A stretch of DNA of 64,000 nt. It comes from Paragordius varius (lineage: Eukaryota > Animalia > Nematomorpha). The stretch is taken from NCBI GenBank assembly GCA_964247055.1, contig OZ176059.1, positions 1,860,001-1,924,000 on the forward strand, given 5' to 3'. Below, piece after piece: positions 23,468-38,736 of the stretch (position 1 is the first letter of the stretch; every line of letters starts with the position of its first letter). Below the pieces are notes generated by a model. The model saw only the letters and a list, made by a program, of their open reading frames with translations. It was not told the origin of the DNA and searched no databases. Position numbers and translations under genes: made by a program.

Positions 23468-25774
23468 TTAACTCTACTACATGCGAGATATAAACCGAAA
23501 AAATATGTTTAAATGCTTGTTTTGATCGCAAAATTCATTTTTAATATTTAGTGATATATATATATATTTATAAAGTGTATGATTTATAAATTGTATAATA
23601 AATTAAATTATTATTCAAATTCAATATACATATTTGTAATATTTATATAATATTTATTAATAATGATTTACAGTATGAGTAAGTATACATTGCTGGAAAG
23701 TTATTAATTATTGTCAAATAGCATACATATACAACAAAGGGCAGTATTATTGGCTTACAGTTATTTTTATTTAATTTTTACTATTAGCCAATAATAATTC
23801 TTTTTTATGCATATGCTATTTGGCAATAATTAATAACTTTCTAGCTATATTAGATTACTCACACTGTATATTTATATTATATTTGGATTATAATAATAAT
23901 ATAAAACATGTGTATGTTAAACATCGTGAAGTTAATCAAAATTTTTATTTGGTACTTTTTTTGAATAAATTTTGTCCCATAACCTATAAAATTATTCTAA
24001 TATTTCTTTCTATACAAAATATTTTATTTTAATATAAAATACTTATTCCCAAATCGTTGAGTCTTTTAAATAAACCTTAAAAACCTAAACAAATACCTCG
24101 CTTAAAACACGAGGTCATACTTAATCCTTAAACGAAAATTCGTTTTATTGGTGCTTATTAGAGTTTTAACCATTATCTTTTGTATAAATAGTAAGTTGAT
24201 TTTTCTTACATAAAATATCAAAGCACTTTATGTATATATAGTAATAATCTTTGTAATTGCATTTGCAAAAATTAATTAGTATATAATCAAATCAAATTAA
24301 GGTTTTTTGAATATATATATATATATAGGTTGTCGGTTAGAATTGCACGGATATCAAAATAAATTTTTAAATCACAACAGTTGTCATACAGTAAAAATTG
24401 AAATTATACGGACAAAACGTATAAATAAAAAGACAAATTTGTACGTATAATTTCAGTTTTTATTGTATTATTCAAACAAATATATGGTTTAAATATTTAT
24501 TTTATCGTAATTATATAATAAATTAACTAACAAACAAAAATCCCATAAAAAATATTAGATGTAAAATAGGCAATACAAAACATATATAAAGATGTAAGTT
24601 GCACATATCCATTGCATTGTTATTAATATAAATTTATATAGGAAAATATATAAAAATACAAATCTTGGAACAAAAAAAATTAACAAAGGTTCTAATAGAT
24701 AATAAAACACATATTTATGATTTCATATGATATATATATAATACTTTATAAAATAATACAGTTTTAACCATGATTATTAAAGTAACATTGTAAATAAATG
24801 CAATAGTATAAAGGGTGTCAGTTTTATCCAATAAAACGCCACCTCTCTATTGATAAATGCGTAAATCCAAAAAAATGGATAGTAAAAATTAAATTAAAAA
24901 AAGCAAAATATAAAAAAGAGTTCATATATTTTTGGTTATATAATGAAAAGTATAATATTTGTTAAAGTATCGTTTTTGAATGCAGTATAATGAATCTAAA
25001 TGTTGATTATAGCCACGCACTATTTACAGTAAAAATTGAAATTATACGGACAAAACTTAAAAATATAAAGATAAATATTTTTTCTAAAAGACAACCATAC
25101 TTTTTTAAACTTCATTTTTAAAAATATAACTCATAGTTTTAAATTGTAAAATATAATTTGATATGTATATTGGTGACACAATCAATTATATATTTTATAA
25201 TTGTAATTATATAATTTATATTAGAAAAATTAAGGTTTTAATAAAAGTATGGTTGTCTTTTAGAAAAAATATTTGTACGCATATTTTTACTTCCGTATAA
25301 TTACAATTTTTACTGTAATATTCCACAATACTGTATTCATATAGGTTATGATACAGTATAAAACATTTTTTTATACAGACAAAAAGTAAAAATATAAAGA
25401 CAAATATTTTTTTAAAAAGAAAACCCTATTCTTTTAAACCTTAATATTTCCTCCATAAACTATTTAATTACATTATTAAATAATATAATTAAGTGTATTA
25501 ACTTACATATCTATTCGCTTTTTTGCAACGCAAAACATTAAGTAATCTTTATATAAATTGAATTTCTAAAAATATGGGGTTGTCTTGAAGAAAAAAATAT
25601 TTGTCTTTACATTTTTATGTTTTGTCAATAGTATATTTTCAATTTTTACTGTATAAAAGCAATTAGTAATATAAGGGCCTTCACACAAATTTGTATTTAA
25701 CAATATTTTTTGTGAAAAAAATGTGGTAATTAGGAAAAAAACCCAAAAAACAACATAAAAAATTATATATATCA

Positions 25775-28700
25775 TTATTGATATATTCCATTAATCCTAT
25801 CATTTTTGGTATCAAATGGTGATTTTTTATAGCATTGAGCTCGATATCGTTTTCCAAAACTTTCAATCTCATAAAAAAGTGCACTTTCAATATATTCCTC
25901 AATACTCATCGGTTGTTGTTGATGATTAATTTTATTTTCCTGGTTATTTTCGTGTTTAACGTTGGATAAATCATTCATTTGTTTGGCTAAAACTCCTAAT
26001 ATATGAAAAAGACGATTTTAAAACAACTATATTTGTTTAATTCAATAAAATTAATGCAAAAAATGTTAAGGATGAATAATTTCTATATTATTATATGGGG
26101 GGAAAATAAGATATAAAAAAAACTAAATTTTTCTACGTTTTTTTCATGTAATAAATTAAATTTGAAAAATCTTTCATTAATTAAACCGTTAAGAAAACAG
26201 TAGTGTGTGTGTAAAGATGAGTTTCAGAAATATAGCAAAAAGAATAATCCAAGATTATATACAGTAAAAATTAAAATTATACGGATAAAAAATATAAAGA
26301 CAAATATTTTTATCTAAAAGACAACCATACTCTTGTAAACCTTATTTTTTTCATATGTTATAATTACAATTTTAAAATATATAATTATAATTGTGTCACC
26401 AATATACATATCAATTCTATAATATGCAATTTGAAACAATGAGTTATAATTAAAAAATGAAGCTTAAAAAAGAATGGTTATCTTTTGGAAAAAAATATTT
26501 GTCTTTATATTTTTACGTTTTGTCCGTATAATTTGAATTTTTACTGTATAAATCTTATAAAATTAAAATATAAACCCAACTTTCAATTTACAATGTAAAA
26601 AAAGTGAAATTATATACGGATAAAACGTAGAAACATAAAGATAAGTTAGTTTATTTTTGAAAAGACCGCCGTCGCTGTACATTTTTAAAACTTAATCTAA
26701 TTTCTATGAATAAAACTCATTGTTTCAGCTGCAAAGTATGAAACAGTGATGTAAATTGATAATAACACAATCATTTATATATTTTTCACAATTAAAGTCG
26801 AATAATTATCTGAATATAAACAAGGTTTAAAAAGTGTATATTACTCTTTTTTTTGGTTAAAAAAATATTTTCCCTTATGTTTTAACGTTTTATTCGTATA
26901 ATTTTCTCATTTTGAATGTTAAAATTCTTACATTTATATATATAAAACCTTAAAATCTCATTCAGTTAAACACAATTTTTTTACACGTTAAAAAAAGTTA
27001 AACTTGATTAAATTAAAACTACCATCTATAGGTCGGTGATTCGGATGATATATGTAACCCATGCCAATCGATTTATCCAAATAATAGCCAAAACCGGCTC
27101 GCCGAAGAAAACCGCAACATTCAGTTCCATTACGCCATATAGTTTCGAGACCAAAGAGTGGTACTTTACTAAAAACCAATTCGTAACAAACATTTTTATT
27201 TTATTGAAAACATAAAATAAAATGAGATTTCATTTTATTTTATTTAAAACATTCAAATAAAAATTAAAATATTTTAGAATAAAGTAATAAGTGCTAAGTT
27301 TTTATAAAAAGAAGGGTATAATTTTTTAATATAAGGGAATAAATGAGGTCTTAGGATATGAAAAAAAGACATTGTAAAACATATTGTTAAAGGAATTGGA
27401 AATAATTTAAATATTAATGTAATATTTGCACAAAAATTTTTAAAAAAAAATTTATAATAGATATATGTATATGAAAGATTAGTTTTTCAAAATATCATTT
27501 AAAATGAGAAACCTTTATTATAAATATCTTTTGCATTTTAACTACTCAACATATATAATTAAATGAAAAAAAAGGTATATTTAAACAACATATTAAATCT
27601 ATTCTTTTAAAAAAACTGCGGAATTAACTTTCTCACATAAAATATAATAATTAAGTTTTATTTAGTTAAAATAGTCAAATAACCAAATGGAAAAAAAGTT
27701 AATAAAATTACCAATAGTGTAGTATTAATATACATTAAAAATTGAAATTATACGGACAAAACGTAAAAATATACAGACAAATATTTTTTTCTAAAAGACA
27801 ACCCTATACCTTTTAAATCTTGATTAATTTAAATTTAACTCACTCATTGTTTTCCATTTCCAAAGTATAAAATAGAGATGTATATTGGTAACATAATCAA
27901 TATAAATGGTTTTTAAATAAGATTAATTTAAATCTAAAATAGTATGGTTGTTGTTTTTTAGAAAAAAATATTTGTCCTTATATTTTAACGTTTTGTCCGT
28001 ATAATTTCAACTATTACTGTAATATTAAATGAAAAGACATACTTATCAGACAATGCGAAAAAAACCAGCTTTTTCGTCATTTTGTCACGTGCTCTGTACG
28101 TTAATAATGCGGTTTTACCCAAAAAATCTGTGCTATTCTTATTCTTATTATCATTATTTAAATTTAAATTATTATGAGGTCCACCCTTCATTTTATTACA
28201 TAGGAATGATAAATTAGCTTCAAATGGGCTATCTTCTGTCCGTATTTCACTATGCCAATGGTAATAACCTAAATATGATTACCAAAATAATTTTAAACAT
28301 AAAGTTAAAAAAATATCATAAAAAGCAAAAGTTCAATATTTTTTGGTAAAATCGATATTTTTAGCAAAAAATGAGATAATTTTTATCGTTTGAGATAAAT
28401 TCAATTATAAAACATAAAATTGAGATTGTGACCAAAATAACATTTATCGTTACTAAGTTATCATAAAAAAAGTAAGTTTTAATAATAATTTTCCTTTTGT
28501 AAAGTATTTGTTTTCGTTGTTAATTTTATATAAATTAATTACAGTGTATATATATATAATATGTAAACTGTGTGCAAAAATTAACGAAATTTTTTTTTGC
28601 ATGAGATAGCTTATGACCAGCGAATTCATTTGCCACAAAAAATTTTATTTATCGACAACCTAGTTTTTTCGAAATAATATGGAGAGGAAATCGAAATCGG

Positions 28701-29266
28701 GCCAAAAAGTGGTGAAAATTAAGGACAATTCAAAAAATAATGATAAAATTGACATATTATGGTTTATTATCATGCAATTTTCAATATATAAATAGCATAA
28801 AATCATAGATTATGAAAATTAGATTGGATAATGTTGAAATGTTTTAAGCCTCACAGAGTTTATGCACTGAAATCATTGCCATAAACCAACCGAGGTTTAC
28901 CCTATCGAATAATAACTGATACCTCGGCCAAGGTATCCTCATCACCCATGGTATTGGATATTATTGGATTTAGTAGAATACTCCGAGTTGAAATCACTTT
29001 AAGCATCTATCGATAGTTACCAAGCAGTAGTAACTGTCGCACGGGTCAACAATATCTATATGTAAAGCCGTTCCCATGACAACGTATTAAAATTCCATCT
29101 ATAGGGTGGATTTTTGGGATTGGATCGGTTGGATTGACATGCCTCGCAATTGTCAACGCAACGAGTGAGATCGTTACCCATATCTGACCAAAATACCAAA
29201 CTGCGGGCTTGGGATTTTAGGTATTATTGGTTTGGCCCAGTTATTGGGATTCCATGGAATAATTTA

Positions 29267-29305
<39 letters not shown>

Positions 29306-32300
29306 CGTTTCGAGGTATGTTCATGAATTTAAAATCTTATTATATGATTTAAGTCCAAGTTGTTTTAAGCCTCCCTTTTCGGTTGGGGGCAGGGATCTGT
29401 AAATCAAGAATTACTTTTGCAGATGAGTCTATATTAGATCTGTCTATGTGTCCAAAATACCAAAGTCTATTTGCCCTGATAAAAGCTGTTATTGGTTCTA
29501 GTTCATTTAATTTTATAGACTTTAACCCATTATATCCGGGGCGTGTAAGAGCGTTAGCCTTGTGTTTTGCATTGCGTGGCAGATTACTAATCGATCATTC
29601 AGGTATTTGCAACTCGTTTTTATATATTTGCTAAAGGGTTTTTGATGAATCCCTTTTCCTCCCGATTGTTTGTCGTTAACGCCGTTTTAACCTTGTTTAG
29701 ACATGGTCATTTATGATAGATTCCTCAAAGGTTTTCCTTTTCATATAGAGATCGAAAGACTAACACTGTAGAAAACGGATATACAGGCATTCTGGATAGG
29801 GGGTCTGCTAAATTTTATTGGCCCTTTTTGTAATATATGGATCATAGTCATATTCAATGGACACTAATAAATACAGCTAAGTATCTCACCTCTTCAAAAG
29901 GCGGCCCAGCAAGGATTTGTGGTGGTCAGTATAAATTTTGAAATACCTTTCGTATATCAAAAGTAATACTCAAATTTTTTGAGATCAAAAAATTATTGCT
30001 TTAGCTTGTCTTACAAGTGTAAAATATCCTTTTTCCGATATCGAATATGTCCGAGAAAAGCGTAGGGGTTTTATGAATAACAAAATTGTCAGAAATCCCT
30101 TGTTTGGCATCTGTTTTGTCAAACAAAAGGGATAACGTGTACTTAAAACTATTAGTACCTGGGATTTGGTTAATAACATATTTGCTATAAAAAATTCATT
30201 TTCTTCTTGTTCACGTCCATTGTGAATTTTTTTCAGCAAAACTTGTGCAGTGCATAATTAGTTAGGTTTAGATGTAAATTACGTATAAAACATTCATGTA
30301 AGTTGAATAAAAAGGTCGCAATTCAGTTTTATTTGATGGTGTGATGGACTACATTTAGAAATGGCATCTAAATTCTCATTGGTGAGTTGAATTTCCATTC
30401 CCAGAGATCGCATAACTCATGTATTTTACTTGGGATATCATGATTTGGAGTTTATCCTTGCGGAATCGTAATCCGCCCTTGTGTAACCTGATTAAAACAA
30501 CCCTTAACCTTTTATCATATTCATATTAATGGCACCTGAGAACACATGTTCCAGATACATCCCCCAAGAATTTGTCCACACATCTTTGAAAAAATTATCG
30601 GTGCGGAAGTTAATTTGAAGGGAAGCCACCAGCCGTTGGTACGTAAAGAAACCCTATGGGTAGTATAGTCGTAAGGTGTAACTGAAAAGATTTGTCCATA
30701 GGGAACTGTAGGTAGGCGTTCTTTTAAGTCTAACAAAATGGTATGCCATTTGATACCTTGGCAACTCACTCATCGAATGTGGGTATCAGGTACGAATCCG
30801 GTGACAGATAGCTGATTAATATTTATTCGAAAATTGGCGCATAATCTAACTTCGCCGTTTCCTTCAAGTATGTTTACAGTGAGAAATGCGCACGTTATCT
30901 GACTTCTTTGAGTCGGGTCCAATGTTCGGAGTATTTTCAGATTACCCAGTCGGTCGATTTCTTTTTCGACAAACGATTGTAAGCTAAAGGGACTCGACAA
31001 TATGGTGAATAATTTAATTGGTGGACTCATGAATGTTCCCAATTCGTCCAAAGAAAATAATTTATCAAAACATATGATATTATATGTGCGTGAAAAAAAC
31101 ACGTCCTTTGGCAAATCCAACCTGTATGCTTTCATCCAATTAGTTACAAAAATGGGTAGGGGGTTAAATTTGGCGACAAGACATGGTAAGACCCGGCTTT
31201 TCCCTTTCTCAATATCAACGGCTACCATGACCTTGCCAAGTACAAGCACTGGAATATGGTTGTAGGCCTGAGTAGGCTTGCAGATGGAACCAATCGAGAT
31301 TTACCCCTCGCTTCCCCATAACTGATACCTCGGCCCCGGGTATCGAATATACCATTTACAGGTCATATTCACCCTTGAACAATTCAAATTCACCTTCGAA
31401 CATTCAAATTCACCCTAAAAATAAATTATGTGTTTTCGAACTAATATAACTCATTATTAATATAAAATATATCTTTATGGCATAATTAATTATTTTTTTC
31501 ATTATTATCTTAATTTAAAACAAAATTTTATTTTTTAAAAATATATTAAAATATAGGTAATTTTTAATCTTAAAAAACATGTTATTTATTTGAGGGTGAA
31601 TTTGAATTGTTCAAGGGTGAATTTGAATTGTTTAAGGATGAATTTGAACCGTAAATGGTATATCATTTATCACACATCTTACTCTTATTTGGGGTCAAGG
31701 CCCCACTAGCTGGCCATCGTGTGAATTCCCAGGCGACTAATATGGTGGCACTGGCCCTACACTCACTGCCAAAGTGATTATATCTGTTACACTTGTTTCT
31801 TACCTTTCGCTGTGGACATGGAGCAAAATGCATTGTTAGTGATGATTTTGTTGATTATGATTACACTTTTAGTTAAGGGCCGATCGTTCTTATCCTTATA
31901 GCTATTATTCTCATGTATTTTTTCAATGTTTAAGCATTTTAGCTTATTGAATTCGTACGAATACGATATCAACAATCATATGGAACTTCCCAGGAATAAT
32001 GTCTTACATTGTGGCATCTGCTTCTCCCTCTCAAGTTTTGGGTTTGCTAATCCAACCAAATATAAAAATGCATCTCACAACTTTGTTTAAACATCGCCTT
32101 CCAACTGACACCACGCGTCACAAGCGCTGCTTTTAACCGTTTTAAGAAATCAATCGTAACTTCGCCCCGATCCTTTGTCATTTGGTAAAATTTGACTCTT
32201 GTTTAACCATAAACTATAGAATGGACAATAATAGATTTGCATGGCTAAGTTTGATATTTCCTTCCTCCCATTCCATATCGTCTCGTCATCAGCTTTGGAT

Positions 32301-35300
32301 AAGCAAGTCTTTCCTATTTTCATAATATTGTTGACACGGCTACATCAAAGGCTAGAAAAAAACTTATGAAATTTCCATCGGTGCATTCTAAGTTTGTTCT
32401 CGTAATTAGCAAGCGACGAATATGGCGAATATATTGAGTAAAAATAATTTCCTTGTAAGGGACTCCAGAATTAATTTGGAAATGTCCAAGCGTTGATTGG
32501 CCATCACGACACCAATAATAGAATACAAATCAAGGAAATTTATTTATTTATTTAACATGAAACAAAATAATAGTAATGCTACATTGCGATCCCACTTTTT
32601 CGCTATCGACCATGTCCAAGAAAAGCTTAATTTTATGAAGTGAAATAAAATTGCCCTAAACTCCCCTTGTTTAAGGCATCTGTTTCAATAAACAAAAGGG
32701 ATAATGTGAGTTAAATAACATTTTACCTGGGGTTTTTTGGTTAAAAACTTTTTTGCCATATGTAAATTTTTTCAGCAAAACTTGTGCAGTGCAAATTAGT
32801 TAGATTTGAATGTAAATTTTGTATAAAACGTTTGAAAGATTATGATAAACCTCAAAAAGGTCGTCGCAATACGATTTTATTTGACGGTGTGATGGTTTAA
32901 ATGGCCTTTAATTTTTCATTGGTGGTTGAATCCCTTTTCACGTGATATTACTGCATCATCAAGTATAAAATAAGATAATTATTTCGGAATGTAGTATTAC
33001 TATTTTTTTGTTGTCGATTAAATAAATTTCCTTGATTTGTATTCCATTATTGGTGCCGTGATGGCCAATCAACTATTAGACATTTCCAAATTATTTGTGG
33101 AACCCTTAAAGGAATCAATAAACTTTACTCAGCAATATATTCGCCATATTCGTCGCGTGCTAATTACGAGAACAAACTTATAATGTGCACCGATGCAAAT
33201 ATCAAGAGTATTGTTTGCCTTTAGTGTTGTGGCATCAACATTTAATATGAAAATAGATAAACACTAGCTGCTTATCCAAAGCTGACTGACGAGACGATAT
33301 GGGGAATATACAAAGAGTAATAAAAACCTCGAAAATCAAATATAACTCCACTAAAGCCGACGACTCAATGCCATGCATTCATATAAAGCAATTCCTAAAG
33401 AAAGAGTTTCCATGCCCCCGTTAAAAGATTCCGCTTGGTTCCTAAGAATGTCAAGTGCACAACCCTATCACGCGGGTAAAGTCGACCCCGTCCAAATTTA
33501 TAGAATATGAAGAGTAGAACCGCGTCGCATATTTCGGTCCCAATCCACCTATCAACATGAAAAATGAGTTGAATTAGGGGTGGAGGCAGGGTGCCATATC
33601 ATAGAAAGAAGTAGACTTCTCTATCTTATAAAGTCAGAAACGAAATGTAAATAGGAATCATCCAAAAACACGCGGATCAGCTATGCGAATGATTAGAACA
33701 TCTCGATACGGACATTAATATGGCATCCGGGGTAAATGATTTTTCTTTCATCCTTGACAGCCATTAACCTCTACAGCTGAATTAAAGCCCAATCTCTACA
33801 ATAGACACCATAATTTTAACCCAAAAACCTTTGGAAACACAACGCAATCATACTTATCACCGGATGAAAGTAGCCCTAATCAAAGTGTTGTAGTAGAAAA
33901 CCCAAACCAGGAAAGAAGATTTGCGCAAGCATCAACCCCCTCCCGATAGGCTTAAGTTAAGAAGAAAAGAAATGTAAGATATTTTATGCAATGAAATATT
34001 TTATATATACCATTTTTCATGCAAAAACATCATTTTTTCAAGCAAACGCACCACTTTTTCAAGCAAACGCAACATTTTTTCAAGCAAACGCACCATTTTT
34101 TCATGCAAATGCAACATTTTTTCAAGCAAAGACAACATTTCAACGCAACATTTTTTCAAGCAAACGCAACAACCAAATACAACATTTTTTCAACCAAAGA
34201 CAACATTTTTTCAAGCAAAAACAACACTTTTTTTAATTTTACAAAAAATTACTATTTATTGTTAATTTTAAATTATTTATTAAATTTTAAGTTAATGTAA
34301 TTTATTTTTAGCGTTGAATTATGATTTTTATCGTTTTATCATCAATATTTCATGATAAAATTGATTTTCAAACATTTTGATTTTGCCCATAAATTGCCCT
34401 ATTTATTTATATTAATTATATTTTTCTTTTACAACTTTAGTTTCGCCTATAATCAATTTATTCCATTTGCACTTCAAGAGTGTCCTTGAACACTTCAAGT
34501 TGGTCTTTGAACATTTCAAGTTGGTCCTTGAACTCTTTAAGTTGGTCCTTAAAATTTATAAATTTTGTTTTACCCCAATTTTTGCATTTATTTTTTAATA
34601 TTATTATTTATTAACCTTTCTTTATTTATTATATATTTATCCATTTAAAAATTAAAAGTTTTTATTGAAAAACCACTTTTGTGTTTCAAAATATTTTTTT
34701 TTAATTTAACAAAATTATTAACTTTTAATGTTTTTAATGAAAAATTTTTAATAACCCAGAAAACTCATATATTTTTTTTCGTGTTATAAATATCTAAAAT
34801 TATTTTAAGAACTTAATATACGGTTTCTCAAAGATTAAAAGATGATATCGATTTAAAATTTATGTTAAATAATAGAAAATAGGTTAAAAACAATAAAATA
34901 GATAAATTATTTTCGATTTAATTAATAAAAGTTAAAAACAAAACAAAAAAGTCAAATGACCAACTTGAAGTGAAGGACAACTTTATACTTTCAAAGACAC
35001 TCTTGAAGTGCAAATTATATAAATTGATTATAGGCGAAACTAAAGTTGTAAAAGAAAAATATAATAAATATATTAAATAAATAGGGCAATTTATGGGCAA
35101 AATCAAAATGTTTGAAAATCAATTTTACCATCAAATATTAATAATAAAACGATAAAAATCATAATTCAACGCTAAAAATAAATTACATTAACTTTAAATT
35201 TAATTAATAATTTATAATTAACAATAAATAGTAATTCTTTGTAATATTAAAAAAGTGTTTTTGCTTGAAAAAATGTTGTCTTTGGTTGAAAAAATGGTGC

Positions 35301-38300
35301 GTTTGCTTGAAAAAATGTTGTCTTTGCATGAAAAAATGTTGCGTTTGCTTGAAAAAATGATGTTTTTGCATGAAAAATGGTATATGAATATATCCAATTA
35401 GATCATGAAAATTAGATTGGATAATGTTGAGGAGATGTTTTGAATTACTTTTTATTTTTCGCCTATCATGTTATAATACAATAAGATGATTATTACACAA
35501 TGTATTTATATTTTGTAAAATCTAAAACATCTAATGTGTAAAAATTAACCTTTCTCCAAGCTTAAGGAGTCCAAAGCACGATAACCAGCATCACGTAATG
35601 GTATACCCAATTTATAGGCATGGGAATGTATTTGTTCATATATGGTTACACAATCCTAATGAAACAAAACATTCTCATTATAAAAGACAAGGCACAAATA
35701 TAAATATAATGTAATATACAGTATTTTATCAAAAAATTTTATTTAAGAGTGAATTCGAATTGTTCAAGGGTGAATTTGAATTGTTCAAGGGGCGTGAATT
35801 TGAATTGTAAATGGTATATTATTATAGAGTAGTAAAAGATTTGATGGGAATCAGAAATTAAAGGAAAGATATAATGTAAAAATTTAAACTATATTCGTGG
35901 ACAAAACGTAACAATATTAAGACAAATATTTTTTTAGCAAAGACAACCAACCCCATACTTTTTTTAAACTTAATTTTTCAAAAATTTGAGAATTACAACT
36001 TTAAAAAAACTTTGAAAAAAACTAAAACTTTAGCATCTGCATGTAATTCCCAGCCCATTTCCCCCACGAACGAAACGCGGACCATACGAACGGGTATAGG
36101 TTTACCCGCTAAATCATCTCCGCTAAACATAGCGGTAGCATGAGAACCGGGTGGGAATGTTTTATTCGAAAGATCAATCGAAACGAGCAATTGTAAAACG
36201 GTTCGACTATATAAATATATATGCATATAAAAATGGAAATTATATACGGTAAAAAACAATGTAAAAATATAAAATTATAAAGACAAATATTTTTTTTACT
36301 AAAAGACAACCAACCCCATACTTTTTAAATCTTGATAGTTCTAAATATAAGGGATTATGTTTTAAACTGAAAAGTATATAACAGAAATAGTTAATCAATC
36401 ATCTATTTTACCATTGTAATTAAACAATTATTATAAGAAGATCAATTAAGGTTTTGAAAAGTTAGTTTGTCCTTTGAAAAAAAATCTTATCTTTATATTT
36501 TTACGTTTTCTCCGTATATAATTTCAATTTTTATTGTAGATAAAGAGAAAATGTATAACAAAAAAGGTTTGAGAAGAATATTAAAAATTTTGAGCAGAAT
36601 ATATATATATATATATACATATTTATATAAATTTTTGTGTTTCATTCAAATTTATATGTTTATTGATTGTTTGTTGGTGTTTTTGGATATTTTATCAGAA
36701 CCTTAAATTAGAACAATTCAAAATATCATGTGAAAACTTTATGTGGTCAAATTAATTTTTTTCCTATATCTTAGTGTCATTTGCATTGTATGCCATTTAA
36801 ATAACCCTTAAACAATTCAAATTTACCCTTGAACAATTCAAATTCACGCTTAAACAATTCAAATTCACCCTAAAATATATTATGTGTGTTTTTTAAGATT
36901 ACCTTTATTTTTATATATTATTAGATTAAAAAAAATAAAATTTCGTTTAAAATTAATATAATTCTGGAAAAATAGTAAACTATGCGCCATAAAGATATAT
37001 ATCATATTAATAATGAGTTATTTTAGCTGCCCAAAAACAGATAATTTACTTTTAGGGTGAATTTGAATTCTTCAACGGTGAATTCGATTTGTGAATGGTA
37101 TACAATAGAATAATTAAGTATAAATTTTTTCAATTAAACTTAATTAACATTAATAATATATTTAGACATATATAAACTTATATTTACTCTTACATACTTG
37201 AAAAACGACAAAATATGTTTAAAAAAAGCCGTTTTTACGTAGGTATAATTCATAATAACTACTAGGTAATAAAAAGACATCTACCTTTAAATAAAAAAAA
37301 TTTTCATTTTAAAAACTGTTTTTAGAAATCCAAATTTCTCAAAATTGATATAGCAAAACAATTTGATATAAAAAATAAAAATAAAAATTAAAAACCTACC
37401 TTTCAGGTCCTTGTACGCTAATTAAACCCATCTCATCCGTTTTATCGATAAGCTTAACGTAAGGTTCAAAACCCAAGGAAGTTATAACCCTTTGTACATG
37501 AGTTTCAAAATGTTGGGCTAACCCGCCCCCCACAGCTAAATAGTACATGGCATCTAGAAAAATCATAAAATAAAATATATCTCATTAAATATTTTTACTT
37601 TATAATTTAAATTTTAGTTTATAATTTATGTTTATTTTTACGTTTGACAAAGATTACTTGTAGTAATCGAAATATCATAATTATTTTATATAATTTTTGC
37701 TGAATTATTGCATATATAATAAAATATAAATTGTTTTTGCAGAAAATATAAAAACTAAAGTGAAATATAAAATTAAATGTGTTACCAATTTTATATTTCT
37801 AAAAAACTTTTATATCATAAAAAAAAAGCTATAAAAAGTTGCAAATAATTAAAATTTTTCAGGAAAATCATAAATTGTAAACCCTAATCATAGGTATACT
37901 ATTTACAATTGAAAATTACCCTTGAAAAACAATTAAAATTCACTCTTGAGAAAACAATTCAAATTCACCCTTGAAAAACAATTCGATTTCACCCTAAAAA
38001 TAGATTATGTGTTTTCGGGCAGCTAATATAACTCATTATTAATAAATATAATCTTATGGCATAGTTTATTATTTTTTATTATTATATTAATTTCAAACAA
38101 AATTTCATTTATTAAAAATATATAAAAATATAGTTAATTTTTAATCGTGAAAAACACATTATTTATTTTAAGGGTGAATTTGAATTGTTTAAGGGTGAAT
38201 GGTATATATATATATATATATATAATAGATAACCTTATCAATTTGTGTAAAATAAGTAAGTACAATAAAAATTGAAATTATACGGATGACAAAACGTAAA

Positions 38301-38372
38301 AATATAATGAAATTTTTTTTATTTTTTTTTAAAAGGCATGACAACCATACTTTTTTAAACCCTATAAAAATC

Positions 38373-38416
<44 letters not shown>

Positions 38417-38692
38417 CATTACATAGATTATATTACCAATTAACATTTCTAATTTGTAATTAAAAACAATCAGTTATATTTAGCAAAAAGATTGAATATT
38501 TATGGTTGTCTTTTAGAACAAAAATGTTTGTCTTTATATCTTAAAGTTTCCATAGTATAATTTTAATTTTTACTGTAAATGGAAATATAAAGTGGTTAGT
38601 TAAACATTAAATTTTGGAAAAATATATATAATTAATTTCGAAAATCTTTCGCTAATATAGAAACATCAAGAATAAAAAAAATATTTCCATAT

Positions 38693-38736
<44 letters not shown>

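Noticed and set aside
28810-28848. About 40-bp direct repeat shared with 35400-35445 as a possible TSD/LTR pair bracketing the retroelement cluster
   Set aside because: It is too long for a TSD and too short and diverged to call an LTR pair; the relationship is unresolved without other genomic copies.
33991-34300. Two overlapping repetitive ORFs (FFQANA / HFFKQ repeats)
   Set aside because: They arise from the tandem units in the left arm of the foldback element.
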